Part shown: one piece after another, positions 19,322-28,834 of the stretch | Layout: every line of letters begins with the position of its first letter | Numbering within the stretch: position 1 is the first letter of the stretch | From: Candidatus Pacebacteria bacterium UBA6180 | GTDB lineage: Bacteria; Patescibacteriota; Microgenomatia; UBA1400; PJMF01 | Length of the DNA: 64,000 bases | Reading direction: 5' to 3' | Assembly: GCA_002422165.1 (NCBI GenBank) | Contig: DITQ01000008.1 | Coordinates: 125,082 to 189,081 of the forward strand | Translations under genes and position numbers: made by a program | The notes under the pieces: generated by a model | What the model was told of the DNA's origin: nothing | Seen by the model: the letters and a program-made list of their open reading frames with translations, nothing else | Database searches by the model: none

Positions 19322-20344
19322 ATGTCGCAAAAAACTCTCCTCGTCACTGGCGGCGCTGGCTTCATCGGCTCCAATTTCATTCGCCATTATTTGCAAGCTC
19401 ACCCAGAAGATAAAATTATCAATCTAGACCTTTTGACTTACGCAGGCAACCTAAGCACTCTGACAGAAGTTGCCAACAATCCTAATTACCGCTTCGTCCA
19501 GGGAGACATTTGCGACCCACAAACTGTCGATCAGCTGATGGCTGAAATTGATACAGTTGTTCACTTCGCTGCCGAAACACACGTGGATCGCTCGATTATG
19601 GAACCAGCGGTTTTCTTACAAACCAACGTCATTGGCACCCAAGTTTTGCTTGATGGTGCTTTGCGCCACAAGATTAAACGCTTCCACCACATCTCCACTG
19701 ACGAGGTTTTTGGCGCTTTGCCACTTGATTCAGCTACAAAATTCACTGAGGACACTCCCTATAATCCACACAGTCCATACTCTGCTTCCAAAGCTGCTTC
19801 CGACCACCTAGTACGAGCTTACGGCGACACCTATGGTTTACCCTACACCCTCAGCAACTGCTCCAATAACTATGGCGAATATCATTTTCCTGAAAAAATG
19901 ATTCCCTTAGCGATCACCAATCTCATCGATGACCAAAAAGTCCCAGTCTATGGTGATGGCCTGTACGTTCGTGACTGGCTTTATGTACAAGATCACGCTC
20001 GCGGCATTGACCTCGTCTTGAGAGATGGAGAGATTGGTAAAACCTACCTTTTCGGCGGTCTCTACAAAGACATCAATAACTTGGAACTAGTCAAAATGAT
20101 TCTCTCCATCATGGGTAAAGACGAGAGCCATATCGAACATGTTTTGGATAGACCTGGCCACGATCGACGCTACAGTGTTGATTTTTCGAAAACCAGTCAA
20201 GCACTTGGTTGGCAGCCAAGCCTGGATTTAGAGGAAGGTTTGCGTAGAACCATTTCCTGGTATCAGGCTAACCAAGCTTGGTGGCGACCACTCAAGGAGA
20301 AAAATCAAGCCTACTTCACCAAGCAATACCAAGAAAGAAAGTAA
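19322..20344 (+). CDS. rfbB: dTDP-glucose 4,6-dehydratase
   Basis: LLVTGGAGFIGSNFIRHY...YSASKAASDHLVRAY (SDR YxxxK), typical RmlB length and motifs. Confidence 0.85.
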   Translation: MSQKTLLVTGGAGFIGSNFIRHYLQAHPEDKIINLDLLTYAGNLSTLTEVANNPNYRFVQGDICDPQTVDQLMAEIDTVVHFAAETHVDRSIMEPAVFLQTNVIGTQVLLDGALRHKIKRFHHISTDEVFGALPLDSATKFTEDTPYNPHSPYSASKAASDHLVRAYGDTYGLPYTLSNCSNNYGEYHFPEKMIPLAITNLIDDQKVPVYGDGLYVRDWLYVQDHARGIDLVLRDGEIGKTYLFGGLYKDINNLELVKMILSIMGKDESHIEHVLDRPGHDRRYSVDFSKTSQALGWQPSLDLEEGLRRTISWYQANQAWWRPLKEKNQAYFTKQYQERK

Positions 20345-20347
20345 AAA

Positions 20348-21226
20348 ATGAGCAAAATTCCCCTACTTGGCACAGGCCTCAACGGTTTGGTTGGTTCGAA
20401 ATTTGTAGCTGATTTTGGCGACATTTATGATTTTACCAATCTCGACTTGCGTCACTCTCAACAACCGACAGATATCACAAACCAACAGCAGGTTTATACA
20501 GCTCTAAACAACTCCAGTGCCAAATTTGTCGTTCACATGGCTGCTTACACCGACGTCACTGGCGCCTTTCAACAAACCGGAGACCAAACTGCACCATGCT
20601 ACCAAATCAACGTTAAGGGCACAGAAAATTTGGTCAGAGCCTGCAACGCAACTGACAAGCACCTAATCCATCTCTCCACCGCCTATGTTTTTGATGGCGA
20701 GAAAAAGGAAGCTTATAAAGAAACCGATTCAACCAATCCAATCGAGTGGTATGGTCAAACTAAAGCCCTGGCTGAAGAAGTAGTGATGAAAGATGCAAAA
20801 ACTTGGACCATCTTGCGTATCGACCAACCTTTCCGCAACGACATTTTTCCTAAAGTTGACACTCTGCACCGCATCATCGAGGGTATGCGCAGTGATCAAC
20901 TCCATCCACAGTTCACTGACCACCATTTCGGACCCACCTATATCAATGATTTCGTCAAAATTATTGATCTCGTCATTCGCCAACGCATGATTGGCCTCTA
21001 TCATGCTTCTTCTGGGGAGTCTTGGACTGACTACGAGTTTGCCAAAGCCGTCAATAACATTTTACAGCTTGATTTTGAAGTTCGGCGGGGTTCACTTGCT
21101 AAGTATTTGAAAACAAGTCGCCGGCCCTATCAAAAGAACACGGCTTTAAACATCGACAAGCTCAAAAAGTTTTTAGATTTCAAACCAAGATCTATCAAAC
21201 AAGCAATTGGTGAAACTATTCTTTAG
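20348..21226 (+). CDS. rmlD: dTDP-4-dehydrorhamnose reductase (RmlD family)
   Basis: HLSTAYVFDG, YGQTKALAEE and a 292-aa size fit the RmlD family; adjacent to rmlB. Confidence 0.65.
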   Translation: MSKIPLLGTGLNGLVGSKFVADFGDIYDFTNLDLRHSQQPTDITNQQQVYTALNNSSAKFVVHMAAYTDVTGAFQQTGDQTAPCYQINVKGTENLVRACNATDKHLIHLSTAYVFDGEKKEAYKETDSTNPIEWYGQTKALAEEVVMKDAKTWTILRIDQPFRNDIFPKVDTLHRIIEGMRSDQLHPQFTDHHFGPTYINDFVKIIDLVIRQRMIGLYHASSGESWTDYEFAKAVNNILQLDFEVRRGSLAKYLKTSRRPYQKNTALNIDKLKKFLDFKPRSIKQAIGETIL

Positions 21227-21244
21227 TGATAGAATCTAAATATT

Positions 21245-21433
21245 ATGATTGAAAAACTACCAGAAGAAGATGTTATTGCCAACATAACTAGAAGAATGAG
21301 TGTTGAAGGTGCTGATTACTTGGAAAAAGAACGCAAGCGATTGAAAGAGCTGAAGGAAAAAGGAGTTGAGATTCCAGTAGAGATCATCGAAGCTGTTGGT
21401 GATTTAGAACCAGAGAATTCAATGGAAAAATAG
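21245..21433 (+). CDS. Hypothetical small acidic protein (62 aa)
   Basis: Coding-like composition, fills the otherwise empty gap between rmlD and convergent trmD. No SD and no recognisable motif. Confidence 0.35.
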   Translation: MIEKLPEEDVIANITRRMSVEGADYLEKERKRLKELKEKGVEIPVEIIEAVGDLEPENSMEK

Positions 21434-21441
21434 CTCTTATC

Positions 21442-22083
21442 TTATTTTCCACTTCTCCATTTTTTAATTTTCTCGTGATCCCCAGACAATAGCACTTCCG
21501 GCACTTCCCAACCACGATAAACAGCTGGCTTGGTGAATTGTGGATGAGCTAATTTGCCAGGAAAATTGTGCGATTCATCTTGATTGCTGGCTTCATTGCC
21601 AAGAACCCCAGGCAACAAGCGCGTCACTGCGTCAGCCATCACTATGGCTGCCGCCTCGCCGCCAGTCAACACGTAATCGCCGACTCGCACTTCAGCATCC
21701 ACTAAGTGTAGGGCAACTCGCTCATCGACCCCTTCATAGTGACCACAGATTATGGTCAGTTCTTGCAGTTTAGCTAAATGCTGAGCTCCTTTTTGAGTAA
21801 ACATTTCGCCTTTGGCTGAAGTTAGAATGATTTGCCTATCAACTTGGCCTTTGGCTACTCCCAAAGATACCAGAGCGCGGTCAATTGGCTCGACCATCAT
21901 CACCATCCCTGGTCCGCCGCCAAAAGGGCGCTGATCAGTGGTTTGGTGCTTATCAGTGGTGAAGTCACGCAAATTCAGCACACGAAATTCAACTAACTCC
22001 TTGGCCACGGCGCGTTTGAGAATAGAAGTTTGCAAAGGTGTCGTGAAAAAATCTGGAAAGATGGTCAAAAAATTAATTTTCAT
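21442..22083 (-). CDS. trmD: tRNA (guanine37-N1)-methyltransferase
   Basis: MKINFLTIFPDFF...FTTDKHQTTDQRPFGGGPGMVM. Start moved to the ATG at comp. 22081-22083; the longer track ORF would overlap ugd. Confidence 0.85.
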   Translation of the reverse strand: MKINFLTIFPDFFTTPLQTSILKRAVAKELVEFRVLNLRDFTTDKHQTTDQRPFGGGPGMVMMVEPIDRALVSLGVAKGQVDRQIILTSAKGEMFTQKGAQHLAKLQELTIICGHYEGVDERVALHLVDAEVRVGDYVLTGGEAAAIVMADAVTRLLPGVLGNEASNQDESHNFPGKLAHPQFTKPAVYRGWEVPEVLLSGDHEKIKKWRSGK

Positions 22084-22131
22084 AAAATCGTGATGGTTTT
22101 TCCTTAGCAATGTGGTTATTATACTAGACAT

Positions 22132-23412
22132 ATGAACGTAACTGTTATTGGGACTGGTTTTGTGGGAGTAGTGTCGGCAGCGGTTTATGCTTCCCTTGGT
22201 CACCAAGTGATCGGACTAGACGTCGACGAGAATAAAATCAAAATGCTTAAGCAAGGCCAAGTGCCATTTTATGAACCAGATTTGCAGGAACTTCTTCTCG
22301 AACAGCAAAAAACCAGCCAATTGGAATTCACCACTTCATACGAAGAAGCTATTGGCGAAGCAGAGATTATCATTGTCGCTGTTGGCACCCCTTCGGCTCC
22401 TGACGAAACCGCAGACTTGCGCTACGTTCTGGCGAGCAGCGATTCGATGGCGCCTTACCTTCAAGAAAATGTTATCGTTGCTATCAAGTCGACAGTGCCG
22501 CCGGGCACTCTCGAAAAAGTCACTCAAACTATCAAGAAGAAAACTCAAGTCAAATTCTATGGGGCTTCTTTACCTGAATTTTTACGTGAAGGTTCGGCCG
22601 TCCATGATACTCTCCACCCCGATCGAATTGTCATAGGTGCAGAAGATAATTTTGTTTTCGAGAAACTTGAAAAGCTACATGTCAAACTTAAAGCTTCAAT
22701 AGTACGTTGTAGCATCCCTTCCGCCCAAATGGCCAAATACACCGCCAATGCTTATTTGGCGACTCGAATCACTTTCATTAACGAAATTGCCAACCTCTGC
22801 GAGAAAAATGGCGCCAACATCGATGAAATAATTCAAGCCATCGGTTATGACAAACGCATCGGGCCTCACTACTGGTACCCAGGTCTTGGTTATGGTGGCT
22901 CTTGTTTCCCTAAAGACGTCAAGGAGTTAGCTGCCTATTCACGCAGCGTTGGCGAGGATGGCAACTTACTCAACCGTATTAATGAGATCAATAAAGCCCG
23001 CATTTTTCGTTTGCTAGACAGGTTTGAGCAAGAAACCGGTGGCTTCGAAAGCAAAACTATCGCTCTGCTTGGCTTAGCTTTTAAACCCAACACCGATGAT
23101 ATGCGCGAAGCCCCCTCTACCAAGATTATTCCTTACCTTAGCAAACAAGGTGCTAAAATCCAAAGCTATGACCCCATGGCTAAATACCAAAATTCAGATG
23201 GTGACCGACATACACAAGTTGCGACTATCGAAACAGCCTGTGCCGGTGCCGACATTATTATGGCAGTGGTAGAGTGGCCTGATATTGTCAACTTTGATTT
23301 CTCGACTGTCAAAACCGAGCAGACTCAATTTTTCATCGATACACGCAACCAATTCTCTGCTAGCAAAATCGAGTCTTCAGGCTATAAATATTTAGGTGTT
23401 GGAAAAAAATAA
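22132..23412 (+). CDS. ugd: UDP-glucose 6-dehydrogenase
   Basis: MNVTVIGTGFVGVVSAAVYASLGHQVIGLDVDENKI...GGSCFPKD (catalytic Cys region), UDPG/GDP-Man dehydrogenase family. Confidence 0.85.
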   Translation: MNVTVIGTGFVGVVSAAVYASLGHQVIGLDVDENKIKMLKQGQVPFYEPDLQELLLEQQKTSQLEFTTSYEEAIGEAEIIIVAVGTPSAPDETADLRYVLASSDSMAPYLQENVIVAIKSTVPPGTLEKVTQTIKKKTQVKFYGASLPEFLREGSAVHDTLHPDRIVIGAEDNFVFEKLEKLHVKLKASIVRCSIPSAQMAKYTANAYLATRITFINEIANLCEKNGANIDEIIQAIGYDKRIGPHYWYPGLGYGGSCFPKDVKELAAYSRSVGEDGNLLNRINEINKARIFRLLDRFEQETGGFESKTIALLGLAFKPNTDDMREAPSTKIIPYLSKQGAKIQSYDPMAKYQNSDGDRHTQVATIETACAGADIIMAVVEWPDIVNFDFSTVKTEQTQFFIDTRNQFSASKIESSGYKYLGVGKK

Positions 23413-24351
23413 ATGGCAAGAATTTTGATTACTGGTGGAACTGGCTTCGTTGCCTCTCATTTAGTTGAAGCGCTCCACAAGCGCGGTGAAGAAGACATTC
23501 ACCTCACCGCTTACAGAGATGAAGGAGAATTCGTCAAGCAATTTGTCAAAACCAAAAATATCCATCAATTAAATTTAGCTGACAAACAAGCCACTCTGGA
23601 TCTCATCCAAAAAATTCAACCAGATCAAATTTATCATTTAGCTTCGCTAGCCAGCGTTGGTGATAGTTTTGAAAAACAAAGTTTCGTACTTGAAATGAAT
23701 ATTGCCTTGCAAGTCAATTTGCTGGAGGCCATCAAACTTCACGTTCCAAAAACTAAACTCCTGCACATCAGCACTGCTTTGATTTATGCCAAAAGCAACC
23801 AGCCTCTCAATGAGCTGGCTACTGTGGGACCAGACAACCCTTACGCTTTGTCTAAATTCACTCAAGATTTGTTGACTCAAATTTTTAGTCAAAAAGAGAA
23901 CTTGCAAGCAGTCATCGCTCGCCCTTTTAATCACATTGGCGAACGACAAACCCTAGGTTTCGTCGTCGCTGATTGGGCCGCAGCAATTGCTCGCATTGAG
24001 CGAGGTGAACAGGAATCTTTACCAGTCGGCAACCTAAGCAGTGTTAGAGATTTCACTGATGTCAAAGATATGGTGCAGGCCTATATTTTGCTAATGGAAA
24101 AAGGCTTGCAAGGAGAAATTTATAATATTGGTTCTGGCCAAGGCGTAAAAATTCAAGAAATTTTAGATTTGCTCTGCTCCCTAGCGCAGAAGCCTATTGA
24201 AGTGATTGCTGATCCACAAAAAATTCGTCCGATTGACCTTCCTTCTCTTGTTTGCGACAATGAAAAGATCATGACACTTGGCTGGCAGCCAAAACATCAA
24301 TTAAAAGCTACTTTAGCAAGAATTTTAGAATACTGGAGAGAAAATCTATGA
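23413..24351 (+). CDS. rmd: GDP-4-dehydro-6-deoxy-D-mannose reductase (Rmd-like SDR), predicts GDP-D-rhamnose
   Basis: [14 protein letters not shown]..., [28 protein letters not shown]; these match Pseudomonas Rmd motifs ([11 protein letters not shown] / VSRDFLDVQD / YNVCSGQ). Directly upstream of gmd. Confidence 0.7.
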   Translation: MARILITGGTGFVASHLVEALHKRGEEDIHLTAYRDEGEFVKQFVKTKNIHQLNLADKQATLDLIQKIQPDQIYHLASLASVGDSFEKQSFVLEMNIALQVNLLEAIKLHVPKTKLLHISTALIYAKSNQPLNELATVGPDNPYALSKFTQDLLTQIFSQKENLQAVIARPFNHIGERQTLGFVVADWAAAIARIERGEQESLPVGNLSSVRDFTDVKDMVQAYILLMEKGLQGEIYNIGSGQGVKIQEILDLLCSLAQKPIEVIADPQKIRPIDLPSLVCDNEKIMTLGWQPKHQLKATLARILEYWRENL

Positions 24352-25325
24352 AAAAAGCATTTATCACCGGCATCACTGGCCAGGATGGTTCTTACTTGGC
24401 AGAATTACTTTTAAATAAGGGCTACAAAGTCTACGGCTTGACCAGACGCACCAGCACCCAAAATTTCGACCGCATCAAAGATATCATTCACAACCCCAAT
24501 CTAGAGTTAATTTCTGGAGATCTAATCGACCAGCATTCATTAACTTTTGCTCTCCAAGATATTCAGCCTGACGAAATTTATAACCTAGCCGCCCAATCTT
24601 TCGTCAAAGCTTCCTGGGAACAACCAGTTTTGACCGGAGAATTCACTGCCATCGGTGTCACCAGAGTTTTAGAAGCAATGCGCTTAGCTTGTCCTAAAGC
24701 CAAGTTTTACCAGGCTAGCTCAAGCGAAATGTTTGGCAAAGTGCGCGAAGTACCTCAAACTGAAGAAACCCCCTTTTACCCTCGCTCTCCCTATGGTGTG
24801 GCCAAGGTTTATGGTCACTGGATCACCGTCAATTATCGCGAATCATATGATATGTTCGCCGTCTCTGGTATTCTTTTCAATCATGAGTCGCCGCGCCGAG
24901 GACTCGAGTTCGTCACTCGTAAAATTAGCAATGCCGTCGCTCGCATCAAACTTGGCAAACAGAAATTTGTAGAGCTAGGTAATCTCGATGCCAAACGCGA
25001 CTGGGGCTATGCCAAAGACTATGTCGAGGCGATGTGGCTAATGTTGCAGCAAGATCGCGCTGATGATTACGTAGTGGCCACTGGCGAAACTCACAGCGTA
25101 CGCGAGTTTTTGGAAATCGCCTGCAAAGCAGTTAGCTTAGGCAACTACGAAGATTACTTCAGACATAATAAAAAATATGATCGCCCCGCCGAAGTTGATT
25201 TACTTATTGGCGATCCAACTAAAGCCAAAAAAGACTTAGGCTGGCAACCATCTGTCAGCTTTGAGGAATTAGTAACCTTGATGGTAGAAAAAGATCTGGA
25301 ATTCGAAAGTAAAAATCCCAATTAG
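24348..25325 (+). CDS. gmd: GDP-mannose 4,6-dehydratase
   Basis: [35 protein letters not shown]...[10 protein letters not shown]. Canonical Gmd N-terminus and Y-x3-K. Confidence 0.9.
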   Translation: MKKAFITGITGQDGSYLAELLLNKGYKVYGLTRRTSTQNFDRIKDIIHNPNLELISGDLIDQHSLTFALQDIQPDEIYNLAAQSFVKASWEQPVLTGEFTAIGVTRVLEAMRLACPKAKFYQASSSEMFGKVREVPQTEETPFYPRSPYGVAKVYGHWITVNYRESYDMFAVSGILFNHESPRRGLEFVTRKISNAVARIKLGKQKFVELGNLDAKRDWGYAKDYVEAMWLMLQQDRADDYVVATGETHSVREFLEIACKAVSLGNYEDYFRHNKKYDRPAEVDLLIGDPTKAKKDLGWQPSVSFEELVTLMVEKDLEFESKNPN

Positions 25326-25335
25326 AAATCACTTC

Positions 25336-26535
25336 ATGAAAATTGCCGTTGTCATCATTCCGACTTACAATGAAAAAGGGAATATTGTCAAAACTATCGA
25401 GGCTTTGGCAGTAGTTTTTCAAAAAATTAAAAATTACCAAATGAAAGTTTTGGTAGTTGATGACAGTTCGCCAGATGGCACAGCAGAAGTGGTTCGTCAG
25501 TTGCAAAAAAAGTTTAAATTTTTAGAATTGTTGGTCAATTCAAAAAAATCTGGTTTAGGCGGAGCCTACCTAAGCGGCATGAAGCAAGCCTTTGGTAAAA
25601 TCAGGGCTGATCTTGTTTTTGAGTTCGACGCCGACCTATCCCACGACCCAGCCAAAATTCCTGATTTTCTAAGCAAAATCGATGAAGGTAATGACTTCGT
25701 GCTTGGCTCACGCTATATAGCTGGCGGCTCTATTCCAGAAAATTGGGCTCTGCATCGTAAATTTTTAAGCATTTTTGGTAACTTATTTATCAATTTTTTG
25801 ATGTTAGACTTCTCCCTGCGAGACTGGACGACTGGCTTTCGCGCTATCAAGAAAAAAGTCTACTTGGCAGTAGAAGCGGAGCTTCACAGCGAACGGTTCT
25901 CTGGCTATACTTTTCAAATTGGCTTCTTACATAAAGCGCTGCGTAAAGGTTTTAAAATTGCTGAAGTACCCTTTGCCTTCAAAGACCGCGTGGTCGGCAA
26001 ATCAAAAATTGGCCCGGAATACATCAAAAATACTATGCTTTACCTTATTAGAGTCAGAGTTAAAGAGCTATTAGCTATGCGCATAATCCGTTTTGCAATG
26101 GTGGGTGCTTTTGGAGCTATAGTTCAACTTGTAGCGTTACAATTGTGGCGCATTATTTTTGCAACCGAAAAAACCTTTGTTATTGCCAACTTTCTCTCGA
26201 TAGAGACTGCTGTTATTTCCAACTTCATCTGGAGCAACTTCTGGACTTTCAAGGACCGCAAGCTCAAGGCAAGTCAAATTCCCTTAAGCTTCATCACCTT
26301 CAATCTCTCCAGCGCTGGTTCGATTTTGATTCAAAGCGTAATTGCCTACGTAACTGCTCACACGGTTGGTTTGGTGCCATTATTCGTGGTGCCAACCATC
26401 AACTACACGGTTGACACGGGAGTCGTTTCAGCCATCATCGGTATTTTGATTGGCATGTTTTGGAACTTTTTTGCTTACAATACTTTTATTTGGAAGAAGA
26501 AAAAAGTTGATGAAAAATCGCCTGTCACAAATTAA
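25336..26535 (+). CDS. Polyprenyl-phosphate mannose/hexose synthase (Dpm1/Ppm1-like GT2) fused to a C-terminal GtrA-like 4-TM domain
   Basis: VVIIPTYNEKGNIVKTIEAL...VLVVDDSSPDGTAEVV...EFDADLSHDP, then RFAMVGAFGAIVQLVALQ... four TM helices (GtrA-like, as in archaeal DPMS). Confidence 0.75.
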   Translation: MKIAVVIIPTYNEKGNIVKTIEALAVVFQKIKNYQMKVLVVDDSSPDGTAEVVRQLQKKFKFLELLVNSKKSGLGGAYLSGMKQAFGKIRADLVFEFDADLSHDPAKIPDFLSKIDEGNDFVLGSRYIAGGSIPENWALHRKFLSIFGNLFINFLMLDFSLRDWTTGFRAIKKKVYLAVEAELHSERFSGYTFQIGFLHKALRKGFKIAEVPFAFKDRVVGKSKIGPEYIKNTMLYLIRVRVKELLAMRIIRFAMVGAFGAIVQLVALQLWRIIFATEKTFVIANFLSIETAVISNFIWSNFWTFKDRKLKASQIPLSFITFNLSSAGSILIQSVIAYVTAHTVGLVPLFVVPTINYTVDTGVVSAIIGILIGMFWNFFAYNTFIWKKKKVDEKSPVTN

Positions 26536-28063
26536 GTTTGAGCAAATTTTTTTAGTGCTAATTTTATTAGCAGCTATTTTTTTACGTTTTTATAATCTAC
26601 GCGATTCTCTAATGTTTCAGGGTGATCAGGGCAGAGATGCGCTAGTGGTCTCACAAATTTTCAAAGATTTAGATCCAGTTTTCATCGGACCGGTCACTAG
26701 CATTGGCAACATGTATCTAGGACCTTTTTATTATTATTTTATGCTTCCATTTTTGATGCTAAGTTATCCTGATCCGATGGGACCGGTTTTTGCGGTAGCC
26801 GCGCTTGGAGTTATCACAGTTTGGCTGCTATTTAAGGTTACTCGACAAATTTTCGGCATTAAAACTGCCTATCTAGCAACTTTTTTCTTCACTTTCTCTG
26901 CGGCAGCAGTTAACCTAAGTCGCTTCAGTTGGAATCCCAATATTGCTCCATTTTTCAGTTTGCTGATGTTTTATTTCACTTATTTAGCTTGGCAAAAAAA
27001 CAGCAAATACTGGCTAGCCGCCGCCATATGTTTTAGCTTGCTCATCCAATTGCATTACGTCACTCTTTTATCTTTTTCTGGACCAGCAATAATTCTATTA
27101 ATTCAATTAGTCGAAAAATACAAACTTACTCCAAAAAAATTCTTCATCAATCAAAAAAAATTGTTTGGCCATCTTGCTCTTTCGATAATAATTTTTCTAG
27201 TTTCCCTAGCTCCACTAGTTTTATTTGACTTCAAACATGACTTTATAAATGCTCGTTCCTTTAGCACAATCGTTGTCAAAGAAGATAGTTTCAACTTAGA
27301 GAAAAAAGCTAGAAAAGCTGGCTTTGGCACTTTGCAGAAATATTTTACACTTGACCTCAAAGATCGTGCTTCACAAGTTTTATTTGAACCAAGCTTTGGT
27401 GTTCACACTGCCAACCACCCACTACTTTTTATTACTGTCGGCTTAACACTTTTTTACCTACTCAAAACCAAAGTTCGTCTCAAAAAAGGCGAGATAGTTT
27501 TACTTGCCTATTTAGTCCCAGGCATTATCGGCGTCAGCCTATACCAACACCAAATCTACGAACATTACATTGCCTACCTCTTTCCTTTTATTTATCTTTT
27601 TTACGCTTTATTTTTTAGCAAAATCCGAAGTAGGTGGTTGCTAACCATTTGTTTATTACCTTTCGTAGTTTTTTTCATAATTAATAACGCCGGTCGATAT
27701 TGGCTTCAAGACAATAGCTGGACTATTGACGATATGCGCCATACTAGCGAAGCTATATTCGAAAGGGTCAAGGAAGGCGAGAAATATAATATAGTTTTGC
27801 TATCTGAATCTCGTGATCTCTACGGTATGAACTATCGCTATTTCCTGCATACCATGAGACAAGCTCCGGTAAAAATGGAGGATCACCTCTTGGCCAAAAA
27901 ACTTTTCATCATCAACGAAGAAAAAGTTGCCGATGACGTAGTTAGCTTACCCATTTACGAAATCATTGTCTTCAGAGGTAAATATGTCAGTGAAATTTTT
28001 CAAATAGAAAATGGCCCAGAAATTACTGTTTTAACTCGCTATAATGAACAGTCGTCACTATGA
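26510..28063 (+). CDS. Putative GT-C fold membrane glycosyltransferase
   Basis: LRFYNLRDSLMFQGDQGRDALVVSQIF... acidic loop-1 motif after TM1, about 12 TM helices. Start taken at ATG 26510 (M21 of the track ORF). Confidence 0.5.
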   Translation: MKNRLSQIKFEQIFLVLILLAAIFLRFYNLRDSLMFQGDQGRDALVVSQIFKDLDPVFIGPVTSIGNMYLGPFYYYFMLPFLMLSYPDPMGPVFAVAALGVITVWLLFKVTRQIFGIKTAYLATFFFTFSAAAVNLSRFSWNPNIAPFFSLLMFYFTYLAWQKNSKYWLAAAICFSLLIQLHYVTLLSFSGPAIILLIQLVEKYKLTPKKFFINQKKLFGHLALSIIIFLVSLAPLVLFDFKHDFINARSFSTIVVKEDSFNLEKKARKAGFGTLQKYFTLDLKDRASQVLFEPSFGVHTANHPLLFITVGLTLFYLLKTKVRLKKGEIVLLAYLVPGIIGVSLYQHQIYEHYIAYLFPFIYLFYALFFSKIRSRWLLTICLLPFVVFFIINNAGRYWLQDNSWTIDDMRHTSEAIFERVKEGEKYNIVLLSESRDLYGMNYRYFLHTMRQAPVKMEDHLLAKKLFIINEEKVADDVVSLPIYEIIVFRGKYVSEIFQIENGPEITVLTRYNEQSSL

Positions 28064-28815
28064 AAACCTATCTTTCAGTCATTTTGCCCTCTTACAATGA
28101 AAGTAAAAACATTGCTCGCGGTGTTTTGACAGAAGTCTACCAATTTTTGCTCGACTACGAGAGATCTTGGGAGTTAGTACTATCTGACGATGGAAGCAGT
28201 GATGACACTCCAAAAAAACTGCAAGAATTTGCCAAGCAGGACTCTCGCATCAAAGTCATTCTCAATCCTCATCGTGGCAAGGGCCCAACAGTCAAGGCTG
28301 GCATGCTTAAAGCAGAAGGCAGCTGGCGACTTTTTACTGATTTCGACCAATCTACTCCTCTTCGAGAAATTCGCAAACTCCTCAAACATACCTCTTCTCA
28401 TGAGGTGATCATTGGTTCTAGAGAGATAGTTGGCGCCAAACGGGAAAAAGAGCCATTTTATCGCCACCTGATGGGTCGAGGCTTCAATCTAGTTGTACAG
28501 CTTTTGGCTGTTCAAGGCACTCAAGACACCCAGTGTGGCTTCAAGCTGTTTTCTGCAACGGCAAGTGAAAAATTATTTGGCAATTTACACATTTACTCAG
28601 GAAAAAGCGAACGCCAAGACGCTTTTACTGGCGCTTTTGACGTCGAGCTGCTTTACTTAGCCAAAAAATACCACTTCAGCGTCAAAGAAGTCCCCATCCT
28701 CTGGAAACACTTCGCTACTGATCGAGTCAACCCCTTGCGAGATTCTTTTTTGATGTTTGCCGATATTTTGCGTATCAAGCTAGCAGACTTGCGTGGCAAA
28801 TATCCTAAGAGCTAG
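28060..28815 (+). CDS. Dpm1/ArnC-like GT2 (polyprenyl-phosphate sugar synthase-like), soluble
   Basis: LSVILPSYNESKNIARGV...LSDDGSSDDTPKKL...TDFDQSTP. Confidence 0.7.
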   Translation: MKTYLSVILPSYNESKNIARGVLTEVYQFLLDYERSWELVLSDDGSSDDTPKKLQEFAKQDSRIKVILNPHRGKGPTVKAGMLKAEGSWRLFTDFDQSTPLREIRKLLKHTSSHEVIIGSREIVGAKREKEPFYRHLMGRGFNLVVQLLAVQGTQDTQCGFKLFSATASEKLFGNLHIYSGKSERQDAFTGAFDVELLYLAKKYHFSVKEVPILWKHFATDRVNPLRDSFLMFADILRIKLADLRGKYPKS

Positions 28816-28834
28816 GTGGCGATATAAATGCAAA

